Assembly: GCA_020851655.1 (NCBI GenBank)
Contig: JADZCI010000096.1
Location: forward strand, 14,698-78,697
From: Bryobacterales bacterium
Lineage (GTDB): Bacteria > Acidobacteriota > Terriglobia > Bryobacterales > Bryobacteraceae
Length of the DNA: 64,000 nt
Reading direction: 5' to 3'
A program made the translations under genes and the position numbers. The notes beneath the pieces are model-generated. The model saw nothing but the letters and a program-made list of their open reading frames with translations, did no database searches and was not told the origin of the DNA. The number at the start of each line of letters is the position of its first letter. The first letter of the stretch is position 1. This document shows, one piece after another, positions 35,306-45,045 of the stretch.

Positions 35306-35754
35306 AGATCGCCGGCTATTACACGCTCCCGGTCGCCCGGGAACGTGCCTACGACGCGCTTCAGGATCCGGTCTTGCTGGCGCAATGCATGCCAGGGTGC
35401 GAGTCGCTGGAGCCGCTTGGCGAGGACACCTACCGCATGCGGATGAAGATGATTCTGGCCAGCATGAACGGGCTGTTCGAAGGCAAAGTGAAAATTGCCG
35501 AGCCCAGCAAGCCCGAGGAGTTCCGGCTCGTCGTTGAAGGGAATGGGAAGATCGGCTTCATGAAAGGTGACGGGCTTCTTCGTCTGTCCGAGACCGATGG
35601 CGGTACGGATGTCCATTTCGAGGGAGATGTGACGATTGGCGGAACCATTGCCGCCGTTGGCAACCGCCTGGTGGACACCACCGCGAAGATGATGATCAGG
35701 AAGTTCTTCGAGAGGATGACCGAAAAGGTGCGCTCAGAAGCGGCCACTGCCTGA
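35302..35754 (+). CDS. coxG: CoxG-family SRPBCC protein
   Basis: GTG at 35302 in a GTGA overlap with the coxM stop. VKIAGYYTLPVARERAYDALQDPVLLAQCMPGCESLE is the typical CoxG N-terminus. Confidence 0.8.
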   Translation: MKIAGYYTLPVARERAYDALQDPVLLAQCMPGCESLEPLGEDTYRMRMKMILASMNGLFEGKVKIAEPSKPEEFRLVVEGNGKIGFMKGDGLLRLSETDGGTDVHFEGDVTIGGTIAAVGNRLVDTTAKMMIRKFFERMTEKVRSEAATA

Positions 35755-35763
35755 TTGATCTGG

Positions 35764-37266
35764 TTAGTTCCGAGGGTAATTCGGCGAGTACAAGGTCGAA
35801 GTGGGCCGGAGAACCAGCTTCCCTCCGCTGACGAACGTCTCGCCTCGAATGGCAAGGTGTTCGACCATCCGGCGTCGCCATGCCCTCACCGCGGCGTTCC
35901 GGTTTGCGTCTCCGGCGAGATCCTTCAGTTCATGGGGGTCTGCTACCAGATCGAACAATTGCTCCGCGCCGTCTCGCGCGTGAAAGATGTACTTCTCCCG
36001 GCCATCGGTCAAGGCGTTCCAGTGGTTTTCCGGAGAGTAGCAGACGTCATGCTCGAGGTCGATCCAATCGCGCCATCCCTTGCCTTGGGACCGGACCAGA
36101 TCGAGCAGGCTGCGTCCATCCGGCGGCGTTGCGAGCGTGGCGCCGGCGCATTCGGCAAACGTGGGAAGCAAATCGCGCAGTTCCACCGGTTGGGCCATCA
36201 CTTGGCCGCGCGACGCGCTGAGCAACCCAGCCGGCCAGCGCATTAGCATCGGGATCCGCGCTGAAGGCTCATAAGCGTACGACTTGCGCCATAAGTCTTG
36301 ATCGCCGGTCATGTCTCCGTGATCGGACGTGTAAACCACCAGTGTGTTGCCGGTCCAACCCCGGCGGTCCAGCGCGCCGAGAACACGCCCAATCTGCTCA
36401 TCGATGAAACTCACCGATCCGTAGTAAGCCTGCCGGGCAGTCCTCACTTCGGCGGGATCCAGCCGTCCGCGCCACAAGTCATCGCGGAGGGTATTTCGCT
36501 CGACGTTACGCGCAGCCCATGCGCCGGTTGAGGGTTCCGGAATCCGCGCTCCGGCATAGGCGTTCATCCAACGCGGCGCCGGATCGTACGGGCTGTGCGG
36601 CCGGGCGAACGAGACCTTCAGAAAGAAGGGTTCAGGCCGTTGATAGGTTTCCAGGAACCTCACCGCAACATCAGCGGTCCAGCGCGTGGGATGAAGCTCC
36701 TCAGGCAAGACATAGGCCTTTCCCTTGTAGTCGTTCCACCCGACACCGGTTGCGTCGGGGTCAAGATTGGGCGCTTGGGTAGCGAACCAGGCTCTGTAAT
36801 CGCTCTTAAAGTCGATAGACTCGACGCGTCCCGATTCGTCGAGCAAGGCTGCCTGATAGCCATGCAGGTTGCGCTGCGGTTTGTAGTGCAGCTTGCCTAC
36901 GGCCATTGTGAAATAGCCCGAATCCCGCATGATGCGAGGCATCTCCAAAGGATATTTGGCCGCCACGGCGCCGTAGCCGAGCATTCCGTGACGCCAAGGA
37001 CCCATCCCCGTCAGCAGTCCCGCGCGCGCTGGTGTGCAGGTCGGAGTGGTGGAGTATGCGCTCCGGAAGCGCACCCCGTCACTGGCAATGCGGTCCAGGT
37101 TCGGCGTCTTCACCACCGGATGTCCGTCGCAGCTCAAACAATCGCCGCGATGTTGATCAGCCATCAGGAACAGGACGTTCGGCTTGCTGGTTGACTGCCA
37201 TCCGCGAGCCAGCGCGGGCACTGTTGAGACGGCTTCGAGCACTTGCCGCCGTGTCAGCGAGTTCAT
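35764..37266 (-). CDS. sulfatase (formylglycine-dependent, S1 family) with Tat-like signal
   Basis: Tat-like signal MNSLTRRQVLEAV. Motifs NVLFLMADQHRGD and the CxPxR motif TPTCTPARAGLLTG. Confidence 0.85.
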   Translation of the reverse strand: MNSLTRRQVLEAVSTVPALARGWQSTSKPNVLFLMADQHRGDCLSCDGHPVVKTPNLDRIASDGVRFRSAYSTTPTCTPARAGLLTGMGPWRHGMLGYGAVAAKYPLEMPRIMRDSGYFTMAVGKLHYKPQRNLHGYQAALLDESGRVESIDFKSDYRAWFATQAPNLDPDATGVGWNDYKGKAYVLPEELHPTRWTADVAVRFLETYQRPEPFFLKVSFARPHSPYDPAPRWMNAYAGARIPEPSTGAWAARNVERNTLRDDLWRGRLDPAEVRTARQAYYGSVSFIDEQIGRVLGALDRRGWTGNTLVVYTSDHGDMTGDQDLWRKSYAYEPSARIPMLMRWPAGLLSASRGQVMAQPVELRDLLPTFAECAGATLATPPDGRSLLDLVRSQGKGWRDWIDLEHDVCYSPENHWNALTDGREKYIFHARDGAEQLFDLVADPHELKDLAGDANRNAAVRAWRRRMVEHLAIRGETFVSGGKLVLRPTSTLYSPNYPRN

Positions 37267-37276
37267 CCCTTAAAGC

Positions 37277-38137
37277 TTAGCGTGCAAGGGGACGGACCTC
37301 GACCTCGACTTCCACCGTGTGACCGCCACCGCCGATTGCCACACCTTTCACCGGGGTGACATCACCATAGTCCCGCCCCCATGCCAGCGTGAGATGGTTC
37401 CCGGATGGGAGGACGTCGTTGGTAGGATCGAAAGCCTGCCATCCGCGACTTGGAACGAACACGGAAACCCAGGCGTGCGACGCTTCGGCGCCTTGATACT
37501 TCGTGCCGCTTCGAAGGTACCCGCTGACATAGCGCGCCGCCAGATGCAACGACCGGAGTGTGCCGATCATGATATGCGCGAAGTCCTGGCAGACGCCCGT
37601 TTTGAGCCGAAAGGCCTCAATCATCGGCATCTCGATCGACGTCGATTTCGGCTGGTAATGGAACTCGGTGTAGATCCGGTGCGAAAGCTCCTTCACCGCG
37701 TCGATCAGAGGACGCCGTGGAGTAAACGTGGGTGCGGCGAATTCGAGCAACTCAGGAGTCGTGGTTACGAAAGGCGAGTCGAAAACGAATTCGAGCGCTT
37801 CGAGGCACCCTGGTCCGGTATGATTCGCGATTTCGTTGCGCGCTTCTTCCCAGGTGACCGCCGGTTCGATGGTCGCGGGCTCGGCTTGAACCTCGACGAT
37901 GCTTGTCGCGGTCGTGGTCAGGCGGTCGTGGGTCTCGAAGACGGAGAACGTGGTGACGTCGTTGCCGAAATAGTCTTTCCGGAATTGAAATGAGGCGGGT
38001 TCCGGTTCTACGCGGATGGCCGACTCGTGCAATTGCTGATAGTCGAGGACACGAGGCGTCAGACGCACTTCGTTCAGGCTGTGCGAGACCGGACTTTCGT
38101 AAACATAACGCGTGACATGTCTGGCCCGGTACAGCAT
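37277..38137 (-). CDS. transglutaminase-family protein (Bact_transglu_N + transglutaminase core)
   Basis: N-terminus MLYRARHVTRYVYESPVS. The catalytic Cys region is GVCQDFAHIMIGTLRSLHLAARYVSGYL, followed by His/Asp in SHAWVSVF..GWQAFDPTN. An alternative GTG start lies at 38149. Confidence 0.85.
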   Translation of the reverse strand: MLYRARHVTRYVYESPVSHSLNEVRLTPRVLDYQQLHESAIRVEPEPASFQFRKDYFGNDVTTFSVFETHDRLTTTATSIVEVQAEPATIEPAVTWEEARNEIANHTGPGCLEALEFVFDSPFVTTTPELLEFAAPTFTPRRPLIDAVKELSHRIYTEFHYQPKSTSIEMPMIEAFRLKTGVCQDFAHIMIGTLRSLHLAARYVSGYLRSGTKYQGAEASHAWVSVFVPSRGWQAFDPTNDVLPSGNHLTLAWGRDYGDVTPVKGVAIGGGGHTVEVEVEVRPLAR

Positions 38138-38139
38138 TG

Positions 38140-40689
38140 CTAATCCCACGCCGAGCCGGACAAACGGGACGGCGTCAGGTGACTCAGGAACTTCGCCGTC
38201 AACGCCTCGGACAGTTCGGTCAGATCAGTCCTCAACTGCTTCAGCAGGCGTTCCAAATCACCTAACTGGCCGGCCGATTCGCGTAACGCCAGGTCGTCGA
38301 GACGGGCGAGCCGGACCGACGCAAGAGCCTTGAGAACCAGGCGTTGTTCCAGCGGATAGCGCTCGGTCTCATCACGCTCAGGCAAATGTTCGACGTGCTT
38401 TTGAAGTCTTGACAGTTGGAACGCGACTGACCTCGGATTCCCTTCGTCGGCCAACAGCAGATCCAGGACAAGGCCGGCCCGGAGAGTGGTCAGGTATCGA
38501 GTCCGGTACGTGATTGAGCTGTCGGCGATCTGCAACAGCATCTCGAGGTATGGATCCAAGTCCGCCGGGGCTTGCGCGATTCCGGACCGCAGCAGTTCCA
38601 CCATCTGCAAGGCGCGTTCGATTCGCCGCCCGATGTCCAGGAATCGCCAGCCGTGACCGCGAGTCATGTTCTCCATCAGCAGGCCGGCAAATGCCGACAG
38701 CGTAAAGATGGCATGGTCCAGCAGGTTCATTTCGGCAAAGGGCGGCTGCTCAGGAACGGCCGGCGGCGTTCGTGCGAACTCGGTCTCGAGTTCCTGGAGA
38801 ACGCGCCATGTGTCGGCGGAAAGCCGTTCCTTCAGCCGCCAGCTCAGCCGCCTGATTTGCTTAAGGTTCCAACCCAAACCCGAAATTCTCGCCGGGTCGT
38901 AAACCATGTCGGTCAGCAATCGCTGAACCTGCCAGCGCTGCTGGGCCAGCGACAACTTGGGCGATTCCGGCGGAAGCAGGTATAGGCCGGTGAGCAGACG
39001 GATACAGGTATCAAGCGACGCGGATCGTCCAAAATCCTCCTCGCCTGAAAGACCCGGCAGCAACACACGCACCAGCCTGACGCCGCCCTCGACGCGTTCG
39101 GTGTACCGGCCTAGCCAATAAAGGTTATCCGCGACCCTGCTTGGAAGATCTCCCTGGTTGCGGCGGGCGTCAACCTCGACATTCATGGGGCGAGAGGGAG
39201 ACACGTGCTCGTCGGCGCTGCCCAGCACCCAGGTATCCTTGCTACCGCCGCCCTGCTGCATAGTAACGACAAGCGACTGGTCCGCGGTCGAAACCCGCGT
39301 GAGCCCTCCCGGCATAACCGTGTAACCTTGCCCATCCCAGGCTGCGAAGACCCGCAGCGAAACGTGCCGCGGAACCAATCCCGTATCAGTCCGGACCGGC
39401 GCGCTGGAAAGCGCCACCTGCTCCTGCGCGACAAATTGCTCCGGCTCAGCCTGTATGCGATGTGCGAGTTCGCGCCGTTCGCCGTCCGGCATCGAAGCCG
39501 GAAAGTACGGATGATGGCCCAGCCGTGCGAACGCCGGCTTGATCACGACTTCTTCCAGGTGGTCCAGCACATACCGCAGCGGCGCATCCTGGCCGCACCA
39601 CCACGTGGCGACCGAGGGCATCAGCAGTTCTTCGCCCAGCAGGCGCTGGCACAGTCCTGGCAGAAACGCCATCTGTGCGGGGGTTTCCATCAACCCGCTG
39701 CCCACCGCGTTGGCCAAGGTCACCGTCCCGCTGCGTACCGCCTGCATCAACCCCGGAACACCCAGGAGCGAATCGCTGCGCAATTCCAGCGGATCGCAGT
39801 AGCTGTCGTCCAGGCGCCGCAAGATCAAGTCAACGGGATCCAGACCGGCTAACGTTTTCAGGTAGACCCGGTTATCGCGCACAGTGAGGTCCGCGCCTTC
39901 GACCAGCGGGAGTCCCCAGTACTTGGCTTGAAACGCGTGCTCGAAGTAGGTCTCGTTATTGGGTCCGGGTGTTAGCAACACCATGCGCGGGCTGCTCCGT
40001 CCGTTGGCCGCCGTAGCCAGGAGGCCGTTGCGCTGCGCATCGAAATACCGGCCCAACTGGCGCACCTGGTACTGTGAGAACACGTTGGGCAGCACCCGCG
40101 CGCTGACCAGCCGGTTCTCGAGTGCGTATCCCATGCCGGAAGGGGATTGGGTCCGGTCCGTGATCACCCACCAGCGGCCATCGGGGGAACGCGCCAGGTC
40201 GGCCGCGTAAGCGTGGAGGAACACGCCGCCCCGCGGTACAATCCCGGCCGCGGGCCGCGGAAAATGCGGATTTCCGTACAGCAGGGCCGGCGGGTAGCGA
40301 TTCTCATGAATCAACTCTTGCGGTCCGTATAAATCGCGCAACAACGAGTCGAGCAATTGCGCTCTTTGTGCGATGGCGCGCTCAATAAAAACCCATTCTT
40401 CCTCCGCGATGATGAGGGGAATCGGATCCATCGGCCACGGGCGTTCCTTCCCTTGCGGATCGCCGTACACGTTGTAGGTGATTCCGTTGCTCTGAATCAC
40501 CTGGATTCCGGTTTGCCAGCGGCGGCTGAGTTGCTGGAATCCCATGCGGCCTACGGCCACCACGAGTTTGCGCCAGTGTTTCCGAGGGAAGCCGGAAGGT
40601 AATAGCGCCTCGTCCCAGTGCCCCTCGATTGGGACGTATTGCCAACCTGGGGCCTCAGTCGTAGAGCCCAGTCTCAAGTTCCTCACCAA
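38140..40689 (-). CDS. fused circularly permuted type-2 ATP-grasp + alpha-E domain protein
   Basis: 849 aa. The N-half parallels the 482-aa ATP-grasp gene at 45045-46493 (same block order, e.g. [10 protein letters not shown]). The C-half parallels the alpha-E gene (ADNLYWLGRYTERVEG versus ADAVYWMARYIERAEN). Confidence 0.85.
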   Translation of the reverse strand: MVRNLRLGSTTEAPGWQYVPIEGHWDEALLPSGFPRKHWRKLVVAVGRMGFQQLSRRWQTGIQVIQSNGITYNVYGDPQGKERPWPMDPIPLIIAEEEWVFIERAIAQRAQLLDSLLRDLYGPQELIHENRYPPALLYGNPHFPRPAAGIVPRGGVFLHAYAADLARSPDGRWWVITDRTQSPSGMGYALENRLVSARVLPNVFSQYQVRQLGRYFDAQRNGLLATAANGRSSPRMVLLTPGPNNETYFEHAFQAKYWGLPLVEGADLTVRDNRVYLKTLAGLDPVDLILRRLDDSYCDPLELRSDSLLGVPGLMQAVRSGTVTLANAVGSGLMETPAQMAFLPGLCQRLLGEELLMPSVATWWCGQDAPLRYVLDHLEEVVIKPAFARLGHHPYFPASMPDGERRELAHRIQAEPEQFVAQEQVALSSAPVRTDTGLVPRHVSLRVFAAWDGQGYTVMPGGLTRVSTADQSLVVTMQQGGGSKDTWVLGSADEHVSPSRPMNVEVDARRNQGDLPSRVADNLYWLGRYTERVEGGVRLVRVLLPGLSGEEDFGRSASLDTCIRLLTGLYLLPPESPKLSLAQQRWQVQRLLTDMVYDPARISGLGWNLKQIRRLSWRLKERLSADTWRVLQELETEFARTPPAVPEQPPFAEMNLLDHAIFTLSAFAGLLMENMTRGHGWRFLDIGRRIERALQMVELLRSGIAQAPADLDPYLEMLLQIADSSITYRTRYLTTLRAGLVLDLLLADEGNPRSVAFQLSRLQKHVEHLPERDETERYPLEQRLVLKALASVRLARLDDLALRESAGQLGDLERLLKQLRTDLTELSEALTAKFLSHLTPSRLSGSAWD

Positions 40690-40732
40690 GCGAGTTCGAG
40701 ATTCCTAGCAACCATTGAATCACGTCCACGAT

Positions 40733-43700
40733 TCATGCCGGCGGCCGGCGTAGATCCAGGGTCGTGGGAAATTCGGGGTTGCGCTCCTCGGGCGCGAGGA
40801 CAACCGGCCCCGGCGTATGGCCAAACGAAAAGAATCGCGCCAGGCGCCGCGCCTCGGCTTCATTCGAGTTCACGGGAAACGTCTCGTAGTTCCGTCCTCC
40901 GGGATGAGCCGCGTGATAGGCGCACCCCCCGATGGACCGTCCCGCAAACGTGTCCACGACATCGAACACCAGCGGCGTATGCACCGGGATTGTGGGATGG
41001 AGACACCGTGGGGGCTGCCACGCCCGGTACCGGACCCCACACACAAATTCGCCATGTGTCCCGGTGGACTGAAGCGGGAGCCGCCGTTTGTTGCAGGTCA
41101 GCGCATACCGCTCCGGCAGCAATCCCTTGACTCGCACCTGCATGCGTTCCACCGAGGAATCCACGTACCGCGTCGTGCCTCCTCCGCCGGGCTCCTCTCC
41201 CAGCACATACCAGGGTTCAATCGCCTGGCGAAGCTCCACTTCGATGCCATCGTAGGAAACTCGTCCATAGAACGGAAACCGGAACTCGATGTGCGGCGCA
41301 AACCAGGCGGTTTCCAACGGGTAGCCGGCGCGATTCAGACCGGCGATCACCGCGCCGAAGTCGTGCTCGACAAAGTAAGGGAGAAGGAAGCGGTCGTGCA
41401 GCCGGGTCCCCCACCGGATAGGCCGCTCATTGTACGGCAGTTTCCAGAACCAGGCCACCAGAACCTGCACAAGCAACTGCTGTGTCAGGCTCATCCTGGC
41501 GTGCGGCGGCATTTCAAAGGCGCGCAATTCGAGAAGCCCCAGCCGGCCCGCGGAGCTATCCGGTGAGTACAGCTTGTCGATGCAGAACTCGGCCCGGTGG
41601 GTGTTGCCTGTCACGTCAACCAGCAGGTTGCGGAAGATCCGGTCCACCAGCCACGCGGGACAATCGCCAGCTATTCGGTTCAGCAGTTGGAACGCGATTT
41701 CCAGTTCATACACCGCGTCGGCGCGAGTCTCGTCGACACGCGGCGCCTGGCTTGTTGGACCGATAAACACGCTCGAAAACAGGTACGACAGGGACGGGTG
41801 ATTCAACCAGTAGCCCACAAAACTCTTCAGCAGATCGGGCCTTCTCAGGAAGGGGCTATCGGCGGGCGTGGGCCCGCCGAGAACCAGGTGGTTGCCGCCG
41901 CCGGTCCCGGTGTGCCGGCCGTCCAGCATGAACTTCTCCGCACCAAGCCGGCTGAGCCGCGCCTGCTCGTAGAGAGTCGTGGTGTTGTGAACCAGTTCGT
42001 TCCAGGTGTGCGACGGCTGAACGTTGACTTCAATGACTCCGGGGTCGGGGGTCACCTTGAGAAGCCGGAGCCGAGGATCGAAGGGCGGAGGATAGCCCTC
42101 AACCGATACGGGAACGCCCAAGTGCGCGGCCGTATCTTCGATCGCCGAGATCAGTTCGACATAGTCGCTGGCTTTTTCGAGCGGCGGAAGAAAGATGCAG
42201 AGCCTTCCTTTTCGAGCTTCCACCGCCAAGGCGGTACGAACCACCGCGCCCATCTGCTGCCCAGGTTTGTTGGCCCGTGTCTCCACCATTTGCTGGCGTG
42301 GTGTGACGGGGCTTCGAAACGTGCCTTCGTGAAACAGGCGGTGCGGAACCGGCAGCGGCGGAGCAGCGGGCGATAGCGGATCAATCGTCCAGACACGCTG
42401 CGCGCGGTCCTCGGGTTCCCAGGGCAGACTCTGCAGCGGGAGCCGGAATCCCACGGGCGAATCACCCGGAATCAGAAAAAGACGCCGCGCCCGCAGCATC
42501 CACAAGCCGCTCTGCCACTCCGGACCGGACTTGCCCCAAACCCGCATCAGAGGCAGGATGAACCCGGAAGGCTGCCCCAAACCATTTTCAAAGACCCGGC
42601 GCAGCCGTTCCCGTTCTTCCGGATCATCCAGGTTGTTGTCGATCGGGTCGACATTGACCGGCAGTTGCCGTTCTTTGAGCGAGTAAACAATGGGGTCCTC
42701 GTATGCCGCAATGACGTTGTCCGCATCGACTGAAAGGCGCTGCGCCAGAGTTTCGGCGAACCGTTGAGCATCGCTGGATTGAAAGCCGTAGTCGTGTCCC
42801 GGATCCGCAATCCACTTGGCGTCGTTCCACAGCGGTACGCCGTCGGCACGCCAGTAGCAGGCGAACGCCCAGCGGGGCAGCGATTCGCCCGGGTACCACT
42901 TGCCTTGCCCGAAGTGCAGCAGGCCTCCCGGCGCGAAACTCTCGTGCAGACGGCGGAGCAAGCCGCTCGCCAGGCGCAGTTTGGTGTCGCCCAACGCGGA
43001 TGTGTTCCACTCTTCTCCGTCCATGTCGTCGATGGACACGAAAGTGGGTTCGCCGCCCATCGTCAGCCGGACGTCGGCGGCGAGCAATTCAGCGTCGGTG
43101 CGTTCTCCCAACGCGCAGATTGACCGCCATTGTTCATCGGTGTACGGCTTGGTGACGCGAGGATCCTCGTGGATTCGTGTCACCTTCATGTCGTGTTCGA
43201 ACTCCACCTGCGATGCGCTCACCTTGCCGGACACCGGCGCCGCGGACATTGGGTCCGGCGTCGCCGCCAGGGGAATATGTCCCTCGCCGGCAAACAATCC
43301 CGAGGTCGGATCCAAGCCGACCCATCCGGCGCCCGGAAGGTAAGCCTCACACCACGCATGCAGGTCCGTGAAATCGTCATCGGCCCCGGCGGGACCGTCT
43401 AGCGGCTTCACGTCGGGCTTGAGTTGAATCAGATACCCCGAGACAAACCGCGCCGCCAGCCCGAGGTGGCGGAGGATCTGTGTCAGAAGCCATCCTGAAT
43501 CGCGGCAGGATCCGCTTCGCAACGACAGCGTCTCTTCCGGCGCCTGAACGCCAGGTTCCATCCGAATCAGGTAACGAATTTCGTGCTGGAGGCGCTGGTT
43601 GAGATCGACCAGGAAGGAAATCGCCGGCTGGGGCGTTAGGTCGATGGTTGCCAGGTACTCCCGAAGTCCCGGTCCGGCCGGCTCACACGCCAGAAACGGA

Positions 43701-44044
43701 CTCAGTTCAACCTTCTGCCAGTCCTCGTACGCGAACGGGAACTTCTCCGCATACGGCTCCAGAAAGAAGTCGAACGGGTTGATGACCGTCATTTCAGCGA
43801 CGAGATCGACTTCGACGGAGAAATACTGGGTGGGTTTCGGGAACACCAGCCGGGCCAGGAAATTGCCTTGTGGATCCTGCTGCCAGTTGATGAAGTGGTC
43901 CTTTGGTTGAATCTTGAGCGAATAACTGGAAACCGGCGTCCGGCTGTGTGGGGCGGGACGGAGGCGCACGATCTGCGGTGATAATGTCACCAGCCGGTCA
44001 TACTGATAGACCGTCTTGTGATGCAGGCCAACGCGAATCCCCAT
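40733..44044 (-). CDS. large transglutaminase-family protein (Bact_transglu_N + TGase core + DUF2126-like C-terminal region)
   Basis: About 1103 aa from the ATG at 44044 (MGIRVGLHHKTVYQYD), in an ATGA overlap with the alpha-E stop. The TGase Cys block is GSCRDSGWLLTQILRHLGLAARFVSGYL. Confidence 0.85.
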   Translation of the reverse strand: MGIRVGLHHKTVYQYDRLVTLSPQIVRLRPAPHSRTPVSSYSLKIQPKDHFINWQQDPQGNFLARLVFPKPTQYFSVEVDLVAEMTVINPFDFFLEPYAEKFPFAYEDWQKVELSPFLACEPAGPGLREYLATIDLTPQPAISFLVDLNQRLQHEIRYLIRMEPGVQAPEETLSLRSGSCRDSGWLLTQILRHLGLAARFVSGYLIQLKPDVKPLDGPAGADDDFTDLHAWCEAYLPGAGWVGLDPTSGLFAGEGHIPLAATPDPMSAAPVSGKVSASQVEFEHDMKVTRIHEDPRVTKPYTDEQWRSICALGERTDAELLAADVRLTMGGEPTFVSIDDMDGEEWNTSALGDTKLRLASGLLRRLHESFAPGGLLHFGQGKWYPGESLPRWAFACYWRADGVPLWNDAKWIADPGHDYGFQSSDAQRFAETLAQRLSVDADNVIAAYEDPIVYSLKERQLPVNVDPIDNNLDDPEERERLRRVFENGLGQPSGFILPLMRVWGKSGPEWQSGLWMLRARRLFLIPGDSPVGFRLPLQSLPWEPEDRAQRVWTIDPLSPAAPPLPVPHRLFHEGTFRSPVTPRQQMVETRANKPGQQMGAVVRTALAVEARKGRLCIFLPPLEKASDYVELISAIEDTAAHLGVPVSVEGYPPPFDPRLRLLKVTPDPGVIEVNVQPSHTWNELVHNTTTLYEQARLSRLGAEKFMLDGRHTGTGGGNHLVLGGPTPADSPFLRRPDLLKSFVGYWLNHPSLSYLFSSVFIGPTSQAPRVDETRADAVYELEIAFQLLNRIAGDCPAWLVDRIFRNLLVDVTGNTHRAEFCIDKLYSPDSSAGRLGLLELRAFEMPPHARMSLTQQLLVQVLVAWFWKLPYNERPIRWGTRLHDRFLLPYFVEHDFGAVIAGLNRAGYPLETAWFAPHIEFRFPFYGRVSYDGIEVELRQAIEPWYVLGEEPGGGGTTRYVDSSVERMQVRVKGLLPERYALTCNKRRLPLQSTGTHGEFVCGVRYRAWQPPRCLHPTIPVHTPLVFDVVDTFAGRSIGGCAYHAAHPGGRNYETFPVNSNEAEARRLARFFSFGHTPGPVVLAPEERNPEFPTTLDLRRPPA

Positions 44045-45045
44045 CAGAGGTTGCCCTGCGCCTGTATCTGCGCCTGCGCCGGCGGCTCCCATCCGAAGAA
44101 ATCCTTCGAAAGGCTGTCTCCGAGGCCATTGAGCTTCAGTTGCAGCCCGTCCAGATATTCGTGCAGCCCATCCCGAATGACATGATCGACGGACGTGAAG
44201 TCCAGCTCAGCCCGCAGGATCCCCATCAATTGTTCGGAACGGTAATGGAAGGACCCCAGGGGCGTGCCCGTGATGGCATGGAGGGACTGATCCGCGCACG
44301 CCACGCAGTACCGGATGGCGCGCGGAAATTCGTCGTCCATCACCAGGAACTGCACGATGTCTCTCGGACGCAGCCTGCCGTATTTCTTCCGGTACATCTC
44401 GAACCCGCTGACCGATTTCAGCACCGCGGACCAGTGGATATCGTCGTAAGGTGTTCCAACGTCCGTCACCGCCGGCAGCAGCATGAAGTACTTGACGTCA
44501 AGGATGCGGGACGTTTTGTCGGCGCGTTCCATCTTCCTTCCCAGCCGCACAAAGTGCCACGCCTCGCTGTGCGTCATGGTCGTATCCGTGATTCCCTGGA
44601 ACATGTGGCAGGACAACCGGATGTTGCGGAAGAATTCCGGCAGCCACTCCGGTTCCGGCATTTCATGCTGGCCCTGAAACTGCAGGTACATGCTGTTGAC
44701 CTGCTCCCACATCTCCGACGAAATCGTCTCGCGTACCGATCTTGCGTTTTCGCGCGCCGCCCGCAGGCACGAGCAGATGGAATTCGGATTGGCGGGATCA
44801 AACGTCAGAAATTCGATGACATGATCGAGCGACGGTTCGCCGTAACGCTCACAGAACATCTTGGCGTCGCCACTCGTATCGATCAGCGGGCGCCACTGAT
44901 AGGCGGGCGCAACCGGCAGGTCCAACTGCAGGTGCAGGTTCACACCGATGAACCGCGCCACGTTCTCGGCGCGCTCGATGTAGCGCGCCATCCAATACAC
45001 CGCGTCCGCAACGCGGCTGAGCAGCGGGCGGTAGGCGCTGTTCAT
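44044..45045 (-). CDS. alpha-E domain protein (DUF403)
   Basis: About 333 aa from the ATG at 45045 ([28 protein letters not shown]), in an ATGA overlap with the ATP-grasp stop. Confidence 0.85.
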   Translation of the reverse strand: MNSAYRPLLSRVADAVYWMARYIERAENVARFIGVNLHLQLDLPVAPAYQWRPLIDTSGDAKMFCERYGEPSLDHVIEFLTFDPANPNSICSCLRAARENARSVRETISSEMWEQVNSMYLQFQGQHEMPEPEWLPEFFRNIRLSCHMFQGITDTTMTHSEAWHFVRLGRKMERADKTSRILDVKYFMLLPAVTDVGTPYDDIHWSAVLKSVSGFEMYRKKYGRLRPRDIVQFLVMDDEFPRAIRYCVACADQSLHAITGTPLGSFHYRSEQLMGILRAELDFTSVDHVIRDGLHEYLDGLQLKLNGLGDSLSKDFFGWEPPAQAQIQAQGNL

